Positions 7,352 to 16,334 of a DNA stretch of 33,326 nucleotides are shown here, one piece after another. Positions within the stretch are counted from its first letter, which is position 1. Every line of letters starts with the position of its first letter. The translations under genes and the position numbers were made by a program. The stretch spans positions 1 through 33,326 of IMG/VR virus record IMGVR_UViG_3300025270_002291; one strand, 5' to 3'. The DNA is from a virus (lineage: Duplodnaviria > Caudoviricetes). The notes under the pieces were generated by a model. The model did not search any database, had not been told where the DNA came from, and saw nothing but the letters and a program-made list of their open reading frames with translations.

Positions 7352-7794
7352 TGTCGCGCGCAGACAGAAACAAACATATGATAAACGCCCGCAATCAGTG
7401 GGCGTCTACCAAAGACGGTGCAATCACACATAAAACAGCGGATATCAATCATGCATATGCTGTTGGGTTTTCTGACGGCATAAAACTAAACAGTATCAAT
7501 ACATCAATAAATGATTATATCCAGTCACAGATTGCCGAGCTCTCTACAATGTCCGTGATTGAAATGCTGTTGCACACGACAACAGATAGTGATGACACCA
7601 TGCCTGAGCGTAAAGACGATTTGCTATCAGACATTAACGCGGAGCTTGGAACCAATTACCAGCGAAAACACATGGATAACTGGATAGCTGGTAGAGCAGA
7701 TACGCCCAAGCGCGTCATGCAAATTGTTAGGCGCAATGTTTTCACTTATCTACTGGGTGATGCTGCTGCAGATAATTTGAAATCACTATATTGA
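7351..7794 (+). CDS. Hypothetical protein with putative C-terminal HTH (possible operon repressor)
   Basis: DLLSDINAELGTNYQRKHMDNWIAGRADTP resembles a Cro/XRE-type HTH (W..G...P); GGAG RBS; last gene of the operon. Confidence 0.6.
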   Translation: MSRADRNKHMINARNQWASTKDGAITHKTADINHAYAVGFSDGIKLNSINTSINDYIQSQIAELSTMSVIEMLLHTTTDSDDTMPERKDDLLSDINAELGTNYQRKHMDNWIAGRADTPKRVMQIVRRNVFTYLLGDAAADNLKSLY

Positions 7795-7977
7795 TAATAA
7801 TATTCGCATTAAATGCAATATTTTCTATAAATAAAAACCCACCGAATAAAATATCATCATGATGTATATGTCTATGTATATATATCACTCCATAATTAAC
7901 CAGTAATAACCACAAACGACGGAAAAATTGATCGTAGTATTCCCACAACGTCGAATAAGTTCCAAACAACAACACAC

Positions 7978-8002
7978 GCCCAGTTCATCTGGGCTTTTTT
8001 TT
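7978..8002 (+). terminator. Rho-independent terminator (tR'-like, ahead of the late genes)
   Basis: GCCCAG-TTCAT-CTGGGC followed by T8. Confidence 0.8.
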
Positions 8003-8015
8003 GCCTGGTGTTCAT

Positions 8016-8399
8016 ATGAATGATTTAAATAGCGGTATTACTAGCAGTCTAACAATCATGGATAAGTTGGCTTATTGGCTGTGGGGTGTGTTCGCGTTTA
8101 TATCAGGCATGTCTGCTGAGTACCTAGGGTTAATCATTGCCGGAACGTGCGCAGCCTTTTCAGCAATTAGCGGCCACCTATACCGGCAAAGACTTATCCG
8201 ATTACGTGAGATTGAGATCGGCTTAGTACAGCCACCATCAACTAAGAAAGAACCGATGTTAATAACTAGGCTGGTTATCTGTCCACTTGTTAATCATCTC
8301 GCTGCGGCGTGGGCTTATGTAAAGAATAAGTTTTTTTCGCTTCCTATCATCAAGCGCATTCGTTCAAAACGTCATCAAAATAAAAAAGGTACTCCCTGA
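8016..8399 (+). CDS. Putative holin/pinholin-like membrane protein
   Basis: Two hydrophobic segments, then HLYRQRLIRLRE and a basic C-terminus; first gene after the late terminator. Confidence 0.55.
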   Translation: MNDLNSGITSSLTIMDKLAYWLWGVFAFISGMSAEYLGLIIAGTCAAFSAISGHLYRQRLIRLREIEIGLVQPPSTKKEPMLITRLVICPLVNHLAAAWAYVKNKFFSLPIIKRIRSKRHQNKKGTP

Positions 8400-8433
8400 C
8401 AATCTGCCTAATAGGCGAGGGCGGTGAAGCGCG
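8387..8433 (+). other. Putative lambda-type cos site (cosQ-like plus cosN-like)
   Basis: AGGTACT-N24-AGGGCGGTGAAG-CGCG compares with lambda GGGTCCT-N23-GGGCGGCGACCT-CGCG; lies just upstream of the small terminase. Confidence 0.65.
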
Positions 8434-8555
8434 AAATTTTTGAGTTTTTGGGACTGTATGGATCTCAACTACATAGTTGTTTTATAGGTGGCAATCCATT
8501 GATATGCCTTGATTTGGAGGGTTTTGTTAAAAAGATTGCCTGAGAGAGTTTTCGC

Positions 8556-9047
8556 ATGACTGCAGAAGTGCTGCCACAAAACGATTATATGAACTGGTCC
8601 CTGAACCAGTTAAGTCGTGCTTTTGGTATTGCTCGTGAAACTGTAGGCAGTCGATTAGCTGCAGCAAATGTTTCTCCGTCAGGTCATCGAAGAGGCCACG
8701 CTGTTTATTCTGTTAAAGATGCGGCAGTAGCCATTTTGTTACCGACAAGCGGCGGCATTGACGGATTGCAAGATCCCGAAAAGATGGCTCCGCAAGACAG
8801 GAAAGCGTGGTTTTCCTCAGAACGCGATCGTTTAGCTCTGGAAAAAGAACAAGGCTTACTTGTTGACGTGGAAGATTGCCGCCAACAAATGGTGAAAATT
8901 ATCGAAGTAGGTTTGCCAATCTTTGACTCCTTAGGTGATGAGTTAGAGCGTGACTTTGGTTTAGCTCCTGAAATTGTGACATCGATTGAAGAGCGTATCT
9001 ATGTTGCTAAAACAAAATGGGCTGATGCCATTCAGGAATTAGATTAA
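8556..9047 (+). CDS. Terminase small subunit (Nu1/DUF1441-like)
   Basis: N-terminal HTH SLNQLSRAFGIARETV; PQDRKAWFSSERDRL motif; directly upstream of the large subunit. Confidence 0.85.
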   Translation: MTAEVLPQNDYMNWSLNQLSRAFGIARETVGSRLAAANVSPSGHRRGHAVYSVKDAAVAILLPTSGGIDGLQDPEKMAPQDRKAWFSSERDRLALEKEQGLLVDVEDCRQQMVKIIEVGLPIFDSLGDELERDFGLAPEIVTSIEERIYVAKTKWADAIQELD

Positions 9048-11131
9048 TGGGTTTGGCATTAGCAAAAACAATCCGTGACGAAGTAGCGGCAAGGATTCGT
9101 CCACCTGAGCGACTATCTGTTACCGAGGCATCAGAAAAATATGTCAAAGTCCGGACGGCCAGTGGTGCGATTGAGCCTTGGAACCCAGACTTAACGCCCT
9201 ACATGATTAAGCCGATGAACCTGCTCAATAGTCGTGAATATGATGCGGTCATTTTTGTTGGTCCAGCTCAAAGTGGTAAGACTCAAGGTTTAATCACCTG
9301 CTTTATGGCGTATATCGTCAAATGCGATCCTGCATCTGACTTTATGATTTTGCAAACCACCAAAGGCACAGCGCGTGACTTTGATACTCAGGTGGTTAAA
9401 CGGGCATTTAGAGACAGCCCAGAATTAAAAGAAGAACAGGCTGCAGGTAGTAAAAGCGATAACACGTATGACAAAGTGTTTCGTTCTGGCTCTGTGCTTT
9501 TTCAGCGTTGGCCTTCAATTAATGAGTTATCTGGTAAGCCGCTTAAGTACATGCTGCTTACTGACTATGACCGTATGACTCAAAATGTGGATGGTGAAGG
9601 TTCACCGTTCATGCTGGCCCAGAAAAGAACGACGAAATTCCTTAGCAGGGGAATGACGGTTGTTGATACTTCCCCTGGTTTTGTTGTTGATGATCCAACG
9701 TGGCGACCAAGGCCGGGGCGCGAACATGAAGCGCCGCCATGTGCCGGTGCATTGTCGTTGTTCAATATGGGCGATATGCAGCGTTACTACGTGAAATGTC
9801 CTGAGTGTGGTGAATACTATCTCCCTGCATTCGACCAAAGAGGACTAGATTTTAGTTACGCCAAAGATATGTTTGGCGTAACCGTTGCAGATATGACTCG
9901 GAAAGTGTCGTTTGTCTGCACAGCTAATGGATGTCTTATTGATCCTTCTCACAAAAGAGAAATGAATAAAACACACATTTGGGTACCTCAAGGTTGCAAG
10001 ATTGAAAACGGAATTTTGGTTGGAGAACCGAGAAAAACACGGATAGCCTCATTTTGGTTCCCCGGTATTTTTGCTGCTTACTCTAACCCAGAAGCCTTGG
10101 CGCAAAAATACCTTGATGGTTGCCGACTCTATGACCTGACAAATGATGAAGAAGGGCTAAAAACCACCATTAACGTTGACTTTGGCGCACCGTTTATTTC
10201 GCCAAAAACAGTCTCCAATGTCAGTGCTGATGATTACCAAAAACGGGCTGAAGACCTACCTAAACGACAAATACCGCAAGGTGTCAGATTCATTATTGCT
10301 GCCATTGACGTTCAGGGATGGGGTTTTGAAGTTCAGGTTAATGGCTACGGTGAACGTTATGAGCGCTGGATTATTGATCGCTTTTCCATCCGTGTTTCTT
10401 CGCGTATTGAAGATGGCGAGAAAATGCCCTGTGATCCAGCGGCCTACCTTGAAGACTGGGATCTCATTACCGAGAAAGTCTTGAAAAAGACGTATCCGCT
10501 ATCGGATGGCTCTGGTCGGGTGATGAGTCTGTTAACAACCGTCTGTGATTCAGGTGGTAAAAAGGGCGTCACGGGTCATGCTTATGACTACTGGCGAAAA
10601 CTGCGAAAGCTTGGGATTCAAAAAGAATTTAAGTTGGTAAAAGGTGACAGGCCAAAACCTGAGTCACACGTGCCTACAGTCAAACAAAGCTTTCCAGAAA
10701 ACACCGACAAGACTAAGAAAAAAGCCAATGGCCGTGGCGAAGTCCCGCTTTGGATTCTAAACACGACTCGACTAAAAGACTCTGTCAGTAATGACCTGGC
10801 CCGACACAAACCTGGTCCCGGCTATATCCATTTTCCAGACTTTTTAAAACCCAGCTTTTATGAAGAACTTGTTGCTGAAGTAAGAACCGAAGCAGGTTGG
10901 GATAACCCGCTTAACAAACGTAATGAAAGCTTTGACCTGATTAGTTACTCCGATGCAGGTTTAAAAGCAGTGATGATTGAAAAACGCTTGACGTTGATCG
11001 ACTGGGATAAGCCACCTTCATGGGCTGCAAACTGGGATGAAAATAACCTGGTTTCCACAGTAGAAAAACTGTCAAAGGCGGCCACGAAAGAGCCTGAACA
11101 AACGGGGCTTTTTGATACCAACACACATTAA
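9047..11131 (+). CDS. Terminase large subunit (gpA family)
   Basis: TPYM, Walker A GPAQSGKT, LLTDYD, EGSPF.LA.KRT, CPECG, IDVQ and RNESFD motifs. Confidence 0.95.
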   Translation: MGLALAKTIRDEVAARIRPPERLSVTEASEKYVKVRTASGAIEPWNPDLTPYMIKPMNLLNSREYDAVIFVGPAQSGKTQGLITCFMAYIVKCDPASDFMILQTTKGTARDFDTQVVKRAFRDSPELKEEQAAGSKSDNTYDKVFRSGSVLFQRWPSINELSGKPLKYMLLTDYDRMTQNVDGEGSPFMLAQKRTTKFLSRGMTVVDTSPGFVVDDPTWRPRPGREHEAPPCAGALSLFNMGDMQRYYVKCPECGEYYLPAFDQRGLDFSYAKDMFGVTVADMTRKVSFVCTANGCLIDPSHKREMNKTHIWVPQGCKIENGILVGEPRKTRIASFWFPGIFAAYSNPEALAQKYLDGCRLYDLTNDEEGLKTTINVDFGAPFISPKTVSNVSADDYQKRAEDLPKRQIPQGVRFIIAAIDVQGWGFEVQVNGYGERYERWIIDRFSIRVSSRIEDGEKMPCDPAAYLEDWDLITEKVLKKTYPLSDGSGRVMSLLTTVCDSGGKKGVTGHAYDYWRKLRKLGIQKEFKLVKGDRPKPESHVPTVKQSFPENTDKTKKKANGRGEVPLWILNTTRLKDSVSNDLARHKPGPGYIHFPDFLKPSFYEELVAEVRTEAGWDNPLNKRNESFDLISYSDAGLKAVMIEKRLTLIDWDKPPSWAANWDENNLVSTVEKLSKAATKEPEQTGLFDTNTH

Positions 11132-11144
11132 ACCGAGATATTAC

Positions 11145-11372
11145 ATGCCTGATTTAACAACATTGCAAAGCCGTCTTGAAGAAGCTGAAACGGCCTATCA
11201 CGAATTAGCATTAGGTAACAAAATGGTTGAGATTCGTGTGAATGGTCGTTGGTTACAAAAAACGCCGACAGATATGCCGCAGCTGATGGGGTATATCAAA
11301 GACTTGAAAAAACAAATCAACCGCGCCAAAGGTGGTAACAGAATCGGCGGCCCTATTGAGCTTTCATCATGA
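11145..11372 (+). CDS. Head-tail joining protein gpW-like
   Basis: LEEAETAYHELALG..V motif; between terminase and portal. Confidence 0.85.
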   Translation: MPDLTTLQSRLEEAETAYHELALGNKMVEIRVNGRWLQKTPTDMPQLMGYIKDLKKQINRAKGGNRIGGPIELSS

Positions 11373-12997
11373 GCTATGAACAGGTAGGTATTGTTGACCG
11401 CTATGGCAATCTGATGGCGGCGTCTGATACATCATACGATGCGGCAAGCCAGACAGTAAAAGAGTTAGCCGACTGGAAAGTAGGTAGAGCGTCAGCGGAT
11501 GTTGATCTGCTTGATGAATTAGACACGATTGTCTCCCGTAGCCAAGATTTATCACGAAACAACAGTGTCGTTTCCGGTTACGAACAAACCTTAGTCGATA
11601 ACGTTGTTGGTCCAGAATTAAAACTGGCGGCAATGCCTAATTACATCGTGTTAGGCAAGGACAAAGAATGGGCTGGTGAGTTTGCACGTGATGTGGAAGC
11701 TAGATGGCGTGCCTATTCAAAAACAACAGAATTTGATGTCACACGTCAGCAAACCTTCGGCAGCATGACACAAACGGTGTTTAGAAGCTGTATGGCGGGT
11801 GATGCCACTGTTATCCCTTATTGGTTAAAGGGTAGAAAGTATCGCACCTGCTTTATGCATATTGATTCTGCCCGTCTGGATAATCCAGAAAACAGAATGA
11901 ATGAAGCTAACCTAAGAAAAGGGATTAAAACTAACCGCATTGGTGAGGTGGTTTCTTACTTCGTTCGTCGATCGCATCCGTTTGATGTGGATATGACATC
12001 GATGGTGGATGACTTTGAGGAAATCCAAGCCTATTCACGCCGGGGTAGAAAACAATTTATCCATGTTTTTGATAAAAAACGGCCTGGCCAAAGTCGTGGT
12101 GAGCCGCTTTTAGCCTCTGTGATGGCTGACTTGAAAATGACGGGCAAGTATCAAAGCAATGAGCTTGAAACAGCTATTGCTAATTCCCTCATATCAGCCT
12201 TTATTCAATCTTCAATGGATTTTGAAGGTATCGCTGATGCCTTTAATGCCGACTACAAGACCTACTTGGGCGAACGTAAAACGTGGAAAGCCAGACTTAA
12301 AGGCGGTTCAGTGATTCAATTGCCGCCTGGCGATAGTGTGACGCCATTTACACCATCTAGGCCAGCCGCAGCCTTTGGTGCGTTTATGGAGTATGCCTAC
12401 CGAAATATCGCAACAGGACTGAATGTACCTTACGAGATTTTGATGAAAGACTTCTCCAAGGTGAATTATTCCAGCGCCAGAGCGGCGATGCTTGAAGCGT
12501 TTCGATTCTTTAATGGACGTAGAACATGGTTATCAACCTACTGGGCGCAGCCATGCTACGAACTCTGGTTTGAAGAATGCGTATTACGTGGCGAAATCGA
12601 AGCGCCTGACTTTTATGCCAATAAAGCCGCTTACACTCAGGCTAAATGGATCGGTCCCGGTCGTGGTTGGGTAGATATTGTTAAAGAAGCCAAAGGCTCT
12701 CAAATCAAAATGGATATTGGTCTGTCCACACAGCAAGACGAATGTGCTGAGCAAGGTAAAGATTGGGAAGAAGTTCAGGACCAGCGTGCTTATGAGTTAA
12801 AACGCGGCTTAGAGACAGCAGAGAGAATCGGGCTTCCTCAATCTATGGCTCCTGTTATTGCTGGCTTTTCAACTGATTCAGCTAAAGAACCTGTTGAGAA
12901 CTACTTCATTCCAGAAGATGAAGATAAGCCAAATGACAAACAAAAACCGGATGAAAACAAGCAAACACCATCATCACCCGATGATGAAGAGCAGTAA
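11369..12997 (+). CDS. Portal protein, lambda family
   Basis: RSQDLSRNN, RPGQSRGEP, DFSKVNYSSARAAMLE and W.GPGRGWVD..KE motifs. Confidence 0.95.
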   Translation: MSYEQVGIVDRYGNLMAASDTSYDAASQTVKELADWKVGRASADVDLLDELDTIVSRSQDLSRNNSVVSGYEQTLVDNVVGPELKLAAMPNYIVLGKDKEWAGEFARDVEARWRAYSKTTEFDVTRQQTFGSMTQTVFRSCMAGDATVIPYWLKGRKYRTCFMHIDSARLDNPENRMNEANLRKGIKTNRIGEVVSYFVRRSHPFDVDMTSMVDDFEEIQAYSRRGRKQFIHVFDKKRPGQSRGEPLLASVMADLKMTGKYQSNELETAIANSLISAFIQSSMDFEGIADAFNADYKTYLGERKTWKARLKGGSVIQLPPGDSVTPFTPSRPAAAFGAFMEYAYRNIATGLNVPYEILMKDFSKVNYSSARAAMLEAFRFFNGRRTWLSTYWAQPCYELWFEECVLRGEIEAPDFYANKAAYTQAKWIGPGRGWVDIVKEAKGSQIKMDIGLSTQQDECAEQGKDWEEVQDQRAYELKRGLETAERIGLPQSMAPVIAGFSTDSAKEPVENYFIPEDEDKPNDKQKPDENKQTPSSPDDEEQ

Positions 12998-13031
12998 GCA
13001 CTTAACGCTTTCAAATTAAGAGATAAAAATT

Positions 13032-14234
13032 ATGGGTAGAGCAGTCGATTTTATGACCGATGGTAGTCCGTGGGTAATCACTCAAGACTGGTATGAAAAA
13101 ATACTCAGCATTGCCCAGCGTGAAGGGGATATTGAAGCTGCCCTAAAGGAAAGGGGAGAACGTTTAGATAACTCAATAAAAGTTGATCTGCATGGCGGTG
13201 TAGCAGTCATGTACGTCAAAGGTCCGATGTTTCCTTATGCGAATATGTTTGATCAAATATCTGGGGCGATGTCCGTTGAGATGCTTATCAAAGAACTTGG
13301 CGTTATTGAGAAGAATAAAGAAGTTCATTCTGCGGTCATTGCGTGGGACACGCCTGGCGGTCGTGCAACGTTGATTAATGAATTTTCAAAACAGATTAAA
13401 AATTTCAGTAAACCAATTGTTTCATACGTCGTTGACCGGATGGCAAGTGGCGGATATTGGGTTGGTGCGGCTGCAGATAAGATTGTTTTAGATGAGACGG
13501 CTGTAGTTGGTTCAATTGGTGTCGTATCTGGGTTTAAACGACAAGAGAGTGACGTTATTGAAATTGTATCAAGTAATGCCCCGGATAAAAGACTGGATCT
13601 TGAAACAGATGAAGGTCTAAAGGTGTATCAGAAATACATCGATGACACCGAGGCAGTATTTATTGAAAAAGTGATGGAATATCGCGGCATGTCCCGCGAA
13701 CAGGTTATTGGCTTACGTGGCGGTGTGTTGATCGGCGCTAAGGCAATAGAGGCCGGATTTGCTGATGAGATAGGCAGTCTGGAAAGTGTAATTAAGCAAC
13801 TTAATGAGGAATATTCAATGGATTTAGACACATTGAAAGCCGATCACCCAGAAGTTTATCAAGCGGCTGTGGATGTCGGTAAAAGAGAGGTACAGGCTAG
13901 CTTTGAACAGCAAGTGTCTGATGCAAACAATCAAGTCGTTGAATCGAAAAGCGCTGAGCGTAAACGCTTCAATGACATTTTGACGTGTGAAGAGGCAAAA
14001 GGGCGTAGCCAGTTGGCAATGCATATTGCTCGTTCAACGGAAATGAGTGTTGATGAAGCCAAGAAGTTACTTGCTGCATCACCGGCACAAGCAAGCAAAA
14101 CGGCCTTTGATGCGCTTGATGCTGAAATGTCAGATTCAAACCCAACTGTGGGGGCGGATGACACTGATTCAGTGGCATTAGATGCTGATGAAAAGTGGGC
14201 GCGAGATTTTAGCGCTGCTAATAAGTCGGCGTAA
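13032..14234 (+). CDS. S49-family capsid maturation protease (gpC-like) with C-terminal scaffold
   Basis: DTPGG, MASGGYW, VGSIGV and AIEAGFADEIGS motifs. Confidence 0.92.
   Translation: MGRAVDFMTDGSPWVITQDWYEKILSIAQREGDIEAALKERGERLDNSIKVDLHGGVAVMYVKGPMFPYANMFDQISGAMSVEMLIKELGVIEKNKEVHSAVIAWDTPGGRATLINEFSKQIKNFSKPIVSYVVDRMASGGYWVGAAADKIVLDETAVVGSIGVVSGFKRQESDVIEIVSSNAPDKRLDLETDEGLKVYQKYIDDTEAVFIEKVMEYRGMSREQVIGLRGGVLIGAKAIEAGFADEIGSLESVIKQLNEEYSMDLDTLKADHPEVYQAAVDVGKREVQASFEQQVSDANNQVVESKSAERKRFNDILTCEEAKGRSQLAMHIARSTEMSVDEAKKLLAASPAQASKTAFDALDAEMSDSNPTVGADDTDSVALDADEKWARDFSAANKSA
13818..14234 (+). CDS. Putative in-frame nested scaffolding protein (Nu3-like)
   Basis: Internal GAGGA RBS (13806-13810) then in-frame ATG (MDLDTLKADHPEVY); same arrangement as lambda C/Nu3. 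Confidence 0.65.
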   Translation: MDLDTLKADHPEVYQAAVDVGKREVQASFEQQVSDANNQVVESKSAERKRFNDILTCEEAKGRSQLAMHIARSTEMSVDEAKKLLAASPAQASKTAFDALDAEMSDSNPTVGADDTDSVALDADEKWARDFSAANKSA

Positions 14235-14269
14235 TCATTTAACGCTGTTAATTAATAAGGAGCATAACT

Positions 14270-14641
14270 ATGTCAGCCTCTTTTACACAAGAAGAAGTGA
14301 ATATCAATGACGGTTTGCATGCGGGTGATTTTCCTATCCGTTCCAAACCCGTGACATTGATTAGTGGTCAAAATTTAAAACGTGGTGCCGTATTAGGCAT
14401 TATCACTGCCAGTGATAAAGCAACACTTAGTTTATCTGCAAGTTCAGATGGTTCAGAAGATGTGAATTGCATCCTGGCAGAAGATACCGACGCGAGTAGC
14501 GGTGATGTTGAAACTATCGCTTACATTACGGGTGACTTCAACTCAAACAAGCTCACGTTTGGTACCGGTCATACAGCGGCATCTACACGTGATGCATTCC
14601 GTGATCTGAGCATCTTTATCGTAGAAGCCGTTCCCGCTTAA
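14270..14641 (+). CDS. Head decoration protein (gpD-like)
   Basis: SGQNLKRGAVLG, DGSE...ILAED.DAS and Y..GDFN motifs; precedes the capsid gene; AAGGAG RBS. Confidence 0.9.
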   Translation: MSASFTQEEVNINDGLHAGDFPIRSKPVTLISGQNLKRGAVLGIITASDKATLSLSASSDGSEDVNCILAEDTDASSGDVETIAYITGDFNSNKLTFGTGHTAASTRDAFRDLSIFIVEAVPA

Positions 14642-14664
14642 ACAACGAAATTAACTTAACTCAT

Positions 14665-14687
14665 AAAGGCCATAACGGCCTTTTTTT
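14665..14687 (+). terminator. Rho-independent terminator-like hairpin
   Basis: AAAGGCC-ATAAC-GGCC followed by T7. Confidence 0.6.
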
Positions 14688-14704
14688 ATGTCTGGAGATT
14701 AATA

Positions 14705-15724
14705 ATGAGTGATGATATTAATACGCAGCGATTAGTGCGGGTAGTGCCTACATTGATTCGCCCTCAAACTGGGTTGTTATCCCTGTTTTTCCCAATGGTG
14801 GATGTGTCTGAAGAGGCACAAATCAAATTTGATGTCGCTAATGGTAAGCGTCGTATTTCACCCTTTGTGTCACCTTCTGTCGCCGGTAAGATTGTTGAAG
14901 GGCTTGGTAGACTTACTAACACCTTTACCCCGGCTTATGTCAAAGATAAGCGCGTTCTTCGTCCTGGTGATGCCAACAAGCGCCTTGCGGGTGAAAAGCT
15001 GGGCGGCAATATGACCATGAAACAGCGCCGTATGGTGCATTTAAACAATCAATTAACCGACCAGGTGGATATGTTAACCCGCCGTCAGGAAGTCATGGCC
15101 TCAGAAGCCATGCGTACGGGTAAAGTCACCGTTAAAGGTGAGGACTATCCTGAGCAGATTGTTGACTTTAAGCGTAATCCTGCCCATACCATAACCTTAA
15201 GTGCCGGTTCAAAATGGGGTGATTCTGGTGTATCGCCTATGGCGGATTTAGAAGACTGGTCTCTGACAGTATTACAAAATGGCGGTGGAGCTGTTGATAA
15301 AGTCGTGCTGGACACCAAAGCCTATCGACTTTTAAAGCAAGATCCCGAGTTTATCAAAAACATTGATAAAACACTGGGCGCGCCTGACTCAATGACCTTG
15401 TCAGCTATGGCTAAATTGGGTCTGAGTTATAAAGGTAGTATCGACAACGTTCAATACTGGGTGTATGCCGACTGGTATGTTGAACCTGAGAGTAACGCTG
15501 AAACACCGATGATCCCTGACTACACCGTTATTCTGGGTAGTGACAGTGTGGAAGGTGTTCGTCATTTTGGTGCGATTGAAGATGAAGACGCGCTTATGGC
15601 AATGGAGTTCTTCCCTAAAACATGGGTGGAAAATGATCCTTCATTACGCATTCTATTGATGCAATCAGCTCCGCTTCCTGTGCCTTATCGTCCCAATGCC
15701 ACCTTCTGTGCCACGGTGCGTTAA
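14705..15724 (+). CDS. Major capsid protein (gpE family)
   Basis: ISPFVSP, FTPAYVKDK, RRQEVMA and DPS...LLMQSAPLPVP motifs. Confidence 0.95.
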   Translation: MSDDINTQRLVRVVPTLIRPQTGLLSLFFPMVDVSEEAQIKFDVANGKRRISPFVSPSVAGKIVEGLGRLTNTFTPAYVKDKRVLRPGDANKRLAGEKLGGNMTMKQRRMVHLNNQLTDQVDMLTRRQEVMASEAMRTGKVTVKGEDYPEQIVDFKRNPAHTITLSAGSKWGDSGVSPMADLEDWSLTVLQNGGGAVDKVVLDTKAYRLLKQDPEFIKNIDKTLGAPDSMTLSAMAKLGLSYKGSIDNVQYWVYADWYVEPESNAETPMIPDYTVILGSDSVEGVRHFGAIEDEDALMAMEFFPKTWVENDPSLRILLMQSAPLPVPYRPNATFCATVR

Positions 15725-15764
15725 TCCGGTTCAGTTATTCCCCAGTTAATTAGAGGTGATCTCT

Positions 15765-16274
15765 ATGTTAGTTAAAGTAGATACACAAATTCACTATAAA
15801 GTGAAAGGTGAAAAAAAAGTGGCCGGTCCGGGTGACGTCAACTTGCCAGATGAAGTTGCTGATGACTTGTTAAAGCGTGGTAAAGCCGAAAAGCCTAAAA
15901 ACGTGGTCATTGAAGGGCAGTTTACTCAAGATAATGGCGGTGATAAAGCGCCTAAACCGGGTACGATGGATTGGTACAAAATTGAGCTGAAAGCATTAAA
16001 TGTTGAGTTTCCATCTGATGCGAAAGCCAGAGACTTAAAAGCCTTGTATGAACAGGCGACTAAACCAGAGCCTAATGGTGATGGTGATGGTGATGGTGAT
16101 AATCAAATCACTGAGCAGCAAATTATCGATGTCATTACGCAATTAGATCCTGATGATGAAGACCTATGGACTGATGAAGGTCTGCCGGTCGTTAAAGTGA
16201 TTGAGGCCGAGTTGGGAGCGGATATCACAGAAGAACAGCGTGATGCAGCATGGAAAGCCTATAAAGGCGAGTAA
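15765..16274 (+). CDS. Capsid-associated protein at the gpFI position (modular, acidic)
   Basis: GAGGTG RBS; short domains separated by linkers (LKALNVEFPSDAKARDLKALY; LWTDEGLP...ITEEQRDAAW). Confidence 0.7.
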   Translation: MLVKVDTQIHYKVKGEKKVAGPGDVNLPDEVADDLLKRGKAEKPKNVVIEGQFTQDNGGDKAPKPGTMDWYKIELKALNVEFPSDAKARDLKALYEQATKPEPNGDGDGDGDNQITEQQIIDVITQLDPDDEDLWTDEGLPVVKVIEAELGADITEEQRDAAWKAYKGE

Positions 16275-16291
16275 ATTGCTCCTGGTCTAGT

Positions 16292-16318
16292 AAAAAGCCC
16301 CGTTTTAGGGGCTTTTTT
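16292..16318 (+). terminator. Rho-independent terminator (possibly bidirectional)
   Basis: AAAAAGCCCC-GTTTTA-GGGGC followed by T6. Confidence 0.8.
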
Positions 16319-16334
16319 GTTTAGAGGATATTTT

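Noticed and set aside
7900-7960. Late promoter pR'
   Set aside because: Expected here and a TAGTAT -10-like hexamer is present, but there is no convincing -35, so it was not called
7742-7975. Minus-strand 77-aa ORF
   Set aside because: TTG start, no RBS, low-complexity AT-rich intergenic DNA; likely spurious
8404-8418. CTGCCTAATAGGCGA resembling the type I-F repeat stem
   Set aside because: Stem is not completed as GGCAG, flanks do not match, and it lies within the cos-like site
16077-16100. (GGTGAT)4 microsatellite as a phase-variation tract
   Set aside because: The 6-bp unit keeps the frame and just encodes a GDGDGDGD linker
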